Source: a virus
Lineage: Duplodnaviria; Caudoviricetes
Virus record (IMG/VR): IMGVR_UViG_3300006428_000004
Coordinates: 1-41,684 of that record
Strand: one strand, 5' to 3'
DNA: 41,684 nt
Part shown: positions 34,786 through 41,684 of the stretch, piece after piece
Position numbering within the stretch: the first letter of the stretch is position 1
How the letters are laid out: the number at the start of each line of letters is the position of its first letter
Program-made: the position numbers and the translations under genes
The notes under the pieces: generated by a model
The model's input: the letters and a program-made list of their open reading frames with translations, nothing else
The model's database searches: none
What the model was told of the DNA's origin: nothing

Positions 34786-35613
34786 ATGAAATTTAATACA
34801 CCAATCGCGCTAGCATATCTATTTTCATTTTCTTCAATAGTTTTGGTTTTTTATCAATTTACTGAATTAGTTGACAACAAAAGATATCCAGGCGGAGAGA
34901 TACTTTTACTAGGAATTCAGTTAATATTACCTTTTGCAATTCTATTTTTTATTTCAAAAGATAGTGCAAAACAAAAAATCCTAAACTCCTTCACAATACT
35001 AACTGCTTTAATTTTCATAATTGGAATTTCAAGTACAGGAGACGGGTACTTTTCGACAGAGGAGGGTGCTTTTCACTCATTCTTTGCCTTGGCACTTCCG
35101 TTTTGCTCTTTATTCTTGTATTCGTATTTATGGGGGACAAAAAAAGTAGAATATCAAGAAGACCAAGTAGAAGCTAAGCAGATTAGTATTTACGCTGCAA
35201 TACTAAAATACGCCGCAAGGGCTAAGATAGACGACTTCAATAATACATACTTGCGCGATTGCTTTAAAAACAATTACGACTGGTACGTCTACGGATTTCT
35301 TGAAGGCATATCAACAATAGACTTCTTTGCGTTTACGCATTATTCTGAAGGTTCTGCAAGGGATTTTATTGATGCATTCAATAGGGAATTCAAGTCACTA
35401 TCTGGATTTCAGTTAAAACGCTTATCAAAGAAATTCTCAAAGTTAAGAACGCATCCTATCAATCGATACGTTGATTCCGGGATACTGCTTATGGTTGCTG
35501 CCTTGCAACTACAAGGGTGTGATATCGAATCTTTTTTGGAAAATATTCGCTACGCCTCTGAAAAAAACCCCAATGTAGACGAACATTCCCCGCAGATCGA
35601 CGGGCCCTACTAG
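34786..35613 (+). CDS. AT-rich multi-pass membrane protein (lysogenic accessory gene)
   Basis: About 4 N-terminal TM segments; starts 1 bp after the cI stop; visibly much lower GC. Confidence 0.75.
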   Translation: MKFNTPIALAYLFSFSSIVLVFYQFTELVDNKRYPGGEILLLGIQLILPFAILFFISKDSAKQKILNSFTILTALIFIIGISSTGDGYFSTEEGAFHSFFALALPFCSLFLYSYLWGTKKVEYQEDQVEAKQISIYAAILKYAARAKIDDFNNTYLRDCFKNNYDWYVYGFLEGISTIDFFAFTHYSEGSARDFIDAFNREFKSLSGFQLKRLSKKFSKLRTHPINRYVDSGILLMVAALQLQGCDIESFLENIRYASEKNPNVDEHSPQIDGPY

Positions 35614-35655
35614 CCCCATCCTCTCCGCCGCCTCGACTTTTTTTTGCCCTACTAT

Positions 35656-35713
35656 TTCCCAATTGGTCACTTTTTTCTTGACCGGTCTTTTCCCAATTGG
35701 TTACAAAGACCCC
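35656..35713 (+). promoter_or_regulatory. OL-like region: two operators and early promoter
   Basis: TTCCCAATTGGTCA 35656-35669, TTCCCAATTGGTTA 35690-35703, TTGACC 35678-35683. Confidence 0.8.
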
Positions 35714-35837
35714 GTGAGCAACGCCCCACCCTTCGGACCTCGGCGGGGCGCGGGCCAGTCAACTGGCGTCACCGGCCACGAGACGGCCGGGGCCGCAGAG
35801 AAGGCGCGGTCTGGCAGAGGCGGATACCCAAACGGCT

Positions 35838-36089
35838 ATGGCAACGATCATCAACCCCGACCCGGGGCCGTCCGATCCTGTAGCGGATGGCCCCGCAATG
35901 GAGACAGGCATGGGACCCATCTGCCCCGAATCGACCCTGGTCATACCCGGCGCGCTGCCCATCCCCTGGACGGTCTACGCGGCGCTGAACCGCTACAACC
36001 TCAAGGAACAGGCCCTGGAGGACGCCACGGGCGCGACTCTGGAAGCGCACCTTGCGGAAGAGGCGCGGCGCAACGGGCTGCCGGCATGA
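35838..36089 (+). CDS. Hypothetical early protein
   Basis: First compact ORF after the promoter; start uncertain. Confidence 0.5.
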   Translation: MATIINPDPGPSDPVADGPAMETGMGPICPESTLVIPGALPIPWTVYAALNRYNLKEQALEDATGATLEAHLAEEARRNGLPA

Positions 36090-36202
36090 CCGGCATCATG
36101 CGCAAACGGGCCAGACGCAGGGCAAACCGGCAACGCCGGCGCCGGGCCAAAGGAGGGGTGACCCATGTGCGTCTTCTCGCCGCCGCCGGACAAGGGACCT
36201 GA
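36086..36202 (+). CDS. Possible 38-aa arginine-rich peptide
   Basis: ATGA-coupled to upstream ORF; MRKRARRRANRQRRRRAK. Confidence 0.35.
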   Translation: MTGIMRKRARRRANRQRRRRAKGGVTHVRLLAAAGQGT

Positions 36203-36407
36203 CGCCGACCACGGCTTGAACGTCTGGCTGTCCTTTGCCTGCATCGTTCTGGTCGTGGCCGTCGCCATCACCCTGCGCGCCATTCACAACCCAAGCGTGC
36301 AGGCCATGCGGATAGCGGCACTGGCCGAACGCAAACTGGCGGATTTCGCGTCCGGACCTCGGCCGGCGGGCGCGCAAACCATCACCCCGGAGGGGATACG
36401 GCAATGA
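36165..36407 (+). CDS. Small single-TM protein
   Basis: AAGGAGG RBS, one hydrophobic segment, ATGA overlap downstream. Confidence 0.6.
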   Translation: MCVFSPPPDKGPDADHGLNVWLSFACIVLVVAVAITLRAIHNPSVQAMRIAALAERKLADFASGPRPAGAQTITPEGIRQ

Positions 36408-36769
36408 GCACCCTTATTTCCCTGGACACCCTGGATCGTGGCGGCGTGGTCGAACTGTTCGGTGGCTGCCTCCAGGAAGTCATGGACAACATCAAGGACC
36501 CCAACACCAAGGCGGAAGGGGTCCGCGAAATCACCCTGGTCTTCAAGTTCAAGCCGGGCAAGGAGCGCAACCACACGGGAATGACCTACTCGGCCAAGAC
36601 CAAGTTGCAGCCGGTTGAGCCCGTGGAAATCCCGCTGTTCGTGGACAAGGACCGCGCCACCAAGCGCGCCATGGGCTTCGAACTGGCGGCCCCGGACGAG
36701 AATCCCGACCAGCACCGCCTGGACGGCGTGGACAAGGTGACGGACCTCGACCGGGCCCGGAACAGCTAA
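36404..36769 (+). CDS. Conserved phage protein
   Basis: L..V..NI.DPNT.A...R.ITL...KP motif common in temperate phages. Confidence 0.7.
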   Translation: MSTLISLDTLDRGGVVELFGGCLQEVMDNIKDPNTKAEGVREITLVFKFKPGKERNHTGMTYSAKTKLQPVEPVEIPLFVDKDRATKRAMGFELAAPDENPDQHRLDGVDKVTDLDRARNS

Positions 36770-36794
36770 CCCCAAAAACGCAGGAGCAACCCCC

Positions 36795-37613
36795 GTGATG
36801 AACGAAACCAACCTGAACGAAGTGATGGATACCCTGACCGGCTATGGCCGAAAAATCGCCGAGCTGAAGCACGAGAACGAAATTCCCCAGGTCTACACGC
36901 TCGAAGGCGCGCCCTACGTCACCCAAAATGTGCGGCCCTTCGAAAAGCCCACCGCCCGCTTCCTTGGCGTGTCCACCCTCACCGGTCTGGTGGATTACCT
37001 TATCGCCAACGTGGATGGCCTGGAGCCCCGCGAACTCATCTGCCACGTCGTCAGCCCCACCCGCGTGGACGTGGTGTCCAAGCTGTTCGGGCCGCACCAG
37101 CAGCGCCAATGCTTCATCCGCGCCGAAGCGGACCACGTGCCGCAAATCACCCTGGACCGCTTCATGGACGTCGAGGCGTTCAACATCATGCTCATGAGCT
37201 GCTTCGTGGACGACGGCGACCGCTCCAAGGTGCTGGCCATCAGCGGCAACGTGGTGGCGGACACCGAAGTGCAGGCCCTCGACGACGGCGTCAGCCAGGA
37301 GGCGTCCGTCAAGACCGGCATCCGCAAGAAGGACAACGTGGACGTGCCCAACCCCGTCTTCCTCAAGCCCTACCGCACCTTCACCGACATTCCCCAGCCC
37401 GGCGGCAAGTTCGTGTTCCGGCTCAAGCAAACGGAACAGGGCATCAAGTGTGCCCTGTTCGATTGCACGGGCGGCGCCTGGATGGGTGAGGCCATGGACA
37501 GCATTAAGCAGTACCTCCAGGCCGAACTGGCCACGGACGCGCCGGTCCAGCCGGCTGGCAACGCCGATTCCGAGTACTCGCCCAGCGCCGCGGACATCCG
37601 CGTCATCGCCTAA
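36795..37613 (+). CDS. Conserved phage protein
   Basis: TLTGLVDY, DDGVSQ, VPNPV.L.PYRTF..I.QP...FVFR. Confidence 0.75.
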   Translation: MMNETNLNEVMDTLTGYGRKIAELKHENEIPQVYTLEGAPYVTQNVRPFEKPTARFLGVSTLTGLVDYLIANVDGLEPRELICHVVSPTRVDVVSKLFGPHQQRQCFIRAEADHVPQITLDRFMDVEAFNIMLMSCFVDDGDRSKVLAISGNVVADTEVQALDDGVSQEASVKTGIRKKDNVDVPNPVFLKPYRTFTDIPQPGGKFVFRLKQTEQGIKCALFDCTGGAWMGEAMDSIKQYLQAELATDAPVQPAGNADSEYSPSAADIRVIA

Positions 37614-37687
37614 ACCATCTTCCCCGTCTCTCCCCGGGCGCGATCACTCGCGCCCGCGAATGAGGTAGGAAAGCAAAGGAGGATTCC

Positions 37688-38266
37688 ATGGAATCGTTTG
37701 ATCTTGAGATCGAAAGAGAATGTCCGGTCTGCAACCAGCGCATCCGCCTGGACGTTACCGTTGACGTGGACGCCAGCCTGACAAGGGACTCCATGGATGA
37801 CGGCATGGACCCCTTTCTGGACCCTAACGAACCGTGCGACCCGTATAAGACGCTTATTCCAAACATCAGCGTCATGAACCAATTCGTATTCGGCGCGAAA
37901 TGCGGCGACGAAGCGTTTTACTGCGACGGACACATCTTCTTCATTGGCACACCGCCGTTCGTCTTCCGGGTTACCAGCCAGGAGGACACGAACAAGGACT
38001 GGTCCCCGGACGTCAACGCCTGGCGCTCCGGGGATCGCGTCCCCTTGACTCCCACCTTTGCCGACAACGGCCGCGTCTGCTTCGAGCGAGAAAGCGGCAA
38101 TCTCGTCGCTCCACGCAACCATGTGGACGTATTCCGGATCATGTACCCGAACTGCACGTTCGAGGGCGGCCAAGAAGGGAACGGCGTCATCACCGTGCAG
38201 AATGACGGCAAGCTGGTCGGCGGCTTCATGCCCATCAACATGATCCAGCAGCCGGCGGACTTGTAA
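37688..38266 (+). CDS. Hypothetical protein with N-terminal CPVC
   Basis: AAGGAGG RBS; 192-aa ORF. Confidence 0.65.
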   Translation: MESFDLEIERECPVCNQRIRLDVTVDVDASLTRDSMDDGMDPFLDPNEPCDPYKTLIPNISVMNQFVFGAKCGDEAFYCDGHIFFIGTPPFVFRVTSQEDTNKDWSPDVNAWRSGDRVPLTPTFADNGRVCFERESGNLVAPRNHVDVFRIMYPNCTFEGGQEGNGVITVQNDGKLVGGFMPINMIQQPADL

Positions 38267-38286
38267 GGAATTCTTAAAGGTTCGTC

Positions 38287-38664
38287 ATGCTGAACTTCGT
38301 CCAAAACATGCGCCGGCCCGCGCCGGTCACGGTGCTTCCCTCGGGCTGGATCGAAGCGCCCGGGCATGGCCCCGTGGCCAGGGACTCCCGCACCTACGTT
38401 TCGGCCGGCGGCCTGCGGGTAATCCATTCCGTGGATCTGCTCGACGACGGTTCTTTCTGGGACCACCTGTCCGTCTCCCGCGTGGACCGGATTCCGTCCT
38501 GGGACGACCTCGTCATGGTCAAGGAAATCTTCATCGGCTGCGAACGCGAGGCGTTGCAGCTTTTCCCGCTGCGCAGCGAGTACGTGAACGTGTGCAAGAA
38601 CTGCCTGCACATCTGGGCCCGCCTCGCCCAAAAGCGCGTGGTCCTGGGGGAGATGGTGGCGTGA
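38287..38664 (+). CDS. Conserved phage protein
   Basis: W.H.SVS...R.PSW.....VK..F, EYVN...NCLH.W. Confidence 0.7.
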   Translation: MLNFVQNMRRPAPVTVLPSGWIEAPGHGPVARDSRTYVSAGGLRVIHSVDLLDDGSFWDHLSVSRVDRIPSWDDLVMVKEIFIGCEREALQLFPLRSEYVNVCKNCLHIWARLAQKRVVLGEMVA

Positions 38665-38879
38665 AGCAGCTGGAGAAAGCCAGGCGGCAACAGGGCTACA
38701 TGCGCCACACGAACCGGTGCTGCCGTCACTGTATCAACAGGAAGGTCGCATCCGGCGGCGATGTCTGCACGCTGGGCGGCTTCAAGGTGGGGTTGACGGC
38801 GTTTTGTCAAAAGGGCTGGGAGCCGAGGGAAATTTCCTCTGTCGATAGCCCGAATGATCCTTTTGAACTGGATGATTAA
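38661..38879 (+). CDS. Small Cys-rich protein
   Basis: GTG start overlaps upstream stop; CRHC...C...C. Confidence 0.55.
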   Translation: MKQLEKARRQQGYMRHTNRCCRHCINRKVASGGDVCTLGGFKVGLTAFCQKGWEPREISSVDSPNDPFELDD

Positions 38880-38894
38880 GGGAAGCGTACGAAA

Positions 38895-39230
38895 ATGAAA
38901 GAAACCTTCATTGCAGCATTCAAAGCCATCCAAAAGGATGTCCACGATACCGCAAAGAGCAAGGGGTGGTGGGACACCGACCGAAACGACGGCGAAATGA
39001 TCGCCCTCATTCATTCCGAACTGTCGGAAGCTCTTGAGGCCCTACGCAACGGAAACCCGCCGAGCGACAAGATACCCCCTTTTACCAACCTCGAAGAAGA
39101 ATTTGCGGACGCCATTATTCGCATCATGGACACTGCTTATGTCAGGGGGCTGGATGTCGGCGCAGCCATACTTGCCAAAGCTTCATACAACAAGAGTCGC
39201 CCAAAAATGCACGGTGGAAAGAAGTTCTAG
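38895..39230 (+). CDS. MazG-like nucleotide pyrophosphohydrolase
   Basis: ALIHSELSEALEALR, EEEFAD.IIRI.D, K..YN..RP..HG.K. Confidence 0.85.
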   Translation: MKETFIAAFKAIQKDVHDTAKSKGWWDTDRNDGEMIALIHSELSEALEALRNGNPPSDKIPPFTNLEEEFADAIIRIMDTAYVRGLDVGAAILAKASYNKSRPKMHGGKKF

Positions 39231-39241
39231 AGGAGAGGGAA

Positions 39242-39631
39242 ATGGACCTCTTGCCCTGCCCAAACCCGCATTGCCCCTACCGAGACGGCCACCCGATCGT
39301 GGACGGCCCCAGGGAGACGGCAAGCCACTTTGGCGCGATCCAGTTTGTCGAGTGCAAATGCGGCACCCGTGGCCCGAAAGTCGAGATGACCGGAGAGGAA
39401 GGGACGAAGAAGGCGGCCGAAGCCTGGAATGCCCTCCCGCGCGGCGGGGGCGATGGCTGGACCACCTTCAAGCGGGACGACGCCGACACGTGGCCGCCCA
39501 CCTATACGGTGTTTCTGATCCAGTACCGTTCCGGGCAAAAGGGCCTCGGCTGGTACGACGACGAGGACAACCGCCTGACGATGACCGACGGCGACCAGTG
39601 GATGGTCTGGCCAGGGGAGATGGGACGATGA
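39242..39631 (+). CDS. Lar-like restriction alleviation zinc-ribbon protein
   Basis: LLPCP..C, VECKCG..GP, AAEAWN. Confidence 0.6.
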   Translation: MDLLPCPNPHCPYRDGHPIVDGPRETASHFGAIQFVECKCGTRGPKVEMTGEEGTKKAAEAWNALPRGGGDGWTTFKRDDADTWPPTYTVFLIQYRSGQKGLGWYDDEDNRLTMTDGDQWMVWPGEMGR

Positions 39632-39921
39632 AAAGTGACTACCCTGTGGACACCTACGCCGACACTGTTCTGTCCTCCCCCCCCGCCGAAGCCACCAAAA
39701 TGGTCGGGGATCGTGACCAAGAACAAATCCTCATCTGTGAGGCCAACCGGCCTTTGACCGACGAGGAGTGCGCCATTGTTGATGCCGGCTATGAGCGCGG
39801 CAAGAGGATTTTGGCCGAGGTCAAAGCGGAGGAGCGGGAGCGGCGGTTGGTCGATGCTGTTCAAGCCTTTGTCGACATGAACGAAGTTCCGGGGATGCTC
39901 CGCGCCGCGTTGACCAAGTAG
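39628..39921 (+). CDS. Hypothetical protein
   Basis: ATGA-coupled start MKSDYP. Confidence 0.55.
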   Translation: MKSDYPVDTYADTVLSSPPAEATKMVGDRDQEQILICEANRPLTDEECAIVDAGYERGKRILAEVKAEERERRLVDAVQAFVDMNEVPGMLRAALTK

Positions 39922-39926
39922 AAACA

Positions 39927-40187
39927 ATGCACGGGCCATACCACAAGTCGAACAGCGCCGCCGCCTACTGCGGCCAGAGCAAACAGGAGTGGCAAACGCT
40001 CCTGGCGATGTTCGACGTCCCTGTGTGTGGCCCGCTGGCCAACGTCTACGCGCAATCCACGTTGGACGACCTCATGACCAACCCGCAAAAATACCTCAAG
40101 ACAAAGCGCCAGACCAAGCCCAAACCCACCGACACGCGCCCCGTCAAGGAACGCGTCGCCTCCATCCTCGCCGCCCGCAACGCTTGA
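39927..40187 (+). CDS. Putative excisionase
   Basis: Small basic protein with AAAYCG.S...P...Y....LD; directly upstream of integrase. Confidence 0.6.
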   Translation: MHGPYHKSNSAAAYCGQSKQEWQTLLAMFDVPVCGPLANVYAQSTLDDLMTNPQKYLKTKRQTKPKPTDTRPVKERVASILAARNA

Positions 40188-40218
40188 AACACCGCCGCGA
40201 ACGGCGTATCGGCCGGAA

Positions 40219-41316
40219 ATGGCGTACAAGCGAAAAGGCTCAAAGAAGTGGATCGTCTCCTACCGTGTCCCTGGCCAGAAGGAACCGGAAAAGGAATACT
40301 TCGACTCCAAGCGTCAAGCCGAAGCCCGCGAATTTGAGATCAAAGCGGTTAAGAAAATCAACCCGCAGGCGTTGGCGCCGGAACCGACTAGCGGCTTGAC
40401 GTTCCGCCAGCTTGCCGAAGCCTATCATAAAGACCGACCCTTGGCCCCAAGATCACTTGCAAGCGACCTCTATTCCCTTGACCTCTATCCCTACCCTATT
40501 TTCGGTGACAAGGTCGTCGAGGAGATCACCGAAGACGACCTATCGGACATGATCAAGGTCGCCTACAAGCGGGGATATCCGGGGACAGCCCTGCGCACCT
40601 GGGAACGTGTCCGGGCCATCCTCCGCTGGGGAAAGCGGAAAAAGCTGATTACCAAAGACCCGGGCGCGGATTTCGCCATCGAACGCGAGAAGGAGAAACA
40701 GGCGACCGTGCCCCCGACGCGCGAGGAAGTGGAAGCCATCTTGGACGTGAGCCCGCCGCACCTGGTGCGCGTCATTATGCTGGCCTACCACCTGGGCGTG
40801 CGCCCCGGGCGTTCGGAGCTCTTCGACCTCCGTTGGTCGGACTTCGACCTGGCCGAAGGATGGGTGCGCGTCAGATCCGCCGACAAGGGAGGGCTCCCCT
40901 GGCGCGACGTGCCCATTGCCGAAGACTTCCTGCCAATCCTGACCGAGTGGCACGCGGAGGACACGGCCAAGGGGTTCGTTGCCCCGGTTCACTGGCACGG
41001 ACACCCGGTGACAACTATTCAGAAGACGTGGGAGGCGGCCAAGAAGAAGGCGGGCATCACGCGGCGCATGCGCCTCTACGATCTGCGCCACCATTTCGCC
41101 ACGGCGCTTTTGGAGGGGGACGTGGATAGCGGCATTGTCGCCGGCATGATGGGGCACACCACGGACCGGATGGTGCACAAAGTCTACCAGCGCGTGCGGC
41201 GCGGCGGTAAGCGCGCGGCGATAGCCAAGCTGCCGGCGCTCAAGCGCCGCGACTCCCAGGCCCAGGCTGAGAAGGCGGCCGTGCGCGTGGACGAAACGCC
41301 GACGCGGCGGCAATGA
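40219..41316 (+). CDS. int: Tyrosine integrase
   Basis: GVRPG.SEL, YDLRH, MGH, VY; next to att site. Confidence 0.93.
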   Translation: MAYKRKGSKKWIVSYRVPGQKEPEKEYFDSKRQAEAREFEIKAVKKINPQALAPEPTSGLTFRQLAEAYHKDRPLAPRSLASDLYSLDLYPYPIFGDKVVEEITEDDLSDMIKVAYKRGYPGTALRTWERVRAILRWGKRKKLITKDPGADFAIEREKEKQATVPPTREEVEAILDVSPPHLVRVIMLAYHLGVRPGRSELFDLRWSDFDLAEGWVRVRSADKGGLPWRDVPIAEDFLPILTEWHAEDTAKGFVAPVHWHGHPVTTIQKTWEAAKKKAGITRRMRLYDLRHHFATALLEGDVDSGIVAGMMGHTTDRMVHKVYQRVRRGGKRAAIAKLPALKRRDSQAQAEKAAVRVDETPTRRQ

Positions 41317-41321
41317 CCCCC

Positions 41322-41396
41322 GCACCACATTGCACCACAAATTGCACCACAGACAGCCCTGGAAATCCGCATAGTTCCGTCAAAACTGTGGTGCAA
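41322..41396. promoter_or_regulatory. Putative integrase arm-type sites
   Basis: GCACCACA at 41322, TTGCACCACA at 41330 and 41342, inverted TGTGGTGCAA at 41387. Confidence 0.7.
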
Positions 41397-41446
41397 CAAA
41401 ACTAAAAACATAAATAAAACAAGCATATTATCAAACTACCCGAATC

Positions 41447-41498
41447 TTCGCAACGCGTAGGTAGTGGGTTCAAGTCCCATCGCCTCCACCAAGAAAAT
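41447..41498 (+). repeat. att core, right copy
   Basis: 52-bp exact copy of 60-111. Confidence 0.96.
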
Positions 41499-41537
41499 GA
41501 GGGCCTTGCGGCTAACGTCGCAGGGCCCATTTTCTTT
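41491..41537 (+). terminator. Original host tRNA terminator
   Basis: GGGCCTTGCGGC-TAAC-GTCGCAGGGCCC stem-loop followed by ATTTTCTTT. Confidence 0.75.
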
Positions 41538-41684
41538 GCCCTTTCTCCCGGCCATTGCCCCCCACCCGAAATTGTTGCATATTACCATGAAATCCGACAC
41601 CCATGGGAGGTCGCCTTGCCCCCATCCGCCCGAGAGCTCCTGGCCAGGCTGGCCCCGGATTTCCCCGCCCGCCACGTCGGCGAG

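Larger units (their letters stand above)
60..41498. mobile_element. Complete temperate prophage, BPP-1/epsilon15-like podovirus organisation, carrying a DGR
   Basis: 52-bp terminal direct repeats; integrase, cI/cro, replication, lysis, terminase, portal, capsid, tail tubular, internal virion and tail fibre genes with no obvious breaks. Confidence 0.95.

Noticed and set aside
4641-41446. Second VR target elsewhere in the prophage
   Set aside because: No further TR-like copy found by eye; a BLASTN of 2026-2138 against the whole genome would be decisive
41447-41491. Second tRNA gene
   Set aside because: Only the 3' part is present; it is the att duplication

Overview
The window holds an apparently complete ~41.4 kb temperate prophage integrated in a tRNA-Ala(CGC) gene, bounded by 52-bp att repeats at 60-111 and 41447-41498. 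Its head and tail genes follow the BPP-1/epsilon15-type podovirus layout, and it has a lambdoid cI/cro switch, a replication gene with internal iterons and a tyrosine integrase. The standout element is an intact diversity-generating retroelement (target tail fibre VR, hairpin, avd, TR, RT). The 113-bp TR/VR pair differs at 18 positions, all TR adenines. Other notable points are a holin-like ORF that reads in frame into a lipoprotein, a two-catalytic-domain endolysin, a 2137-aa polyvalent-type virion protein, a likely carbohydrate-binding insert in the tail nozzle, duplicated early promoters with five operators, and a late promoter with 10-bp phased repeats. Protein family calls come from motif recognition and gene order only; no searches were run.
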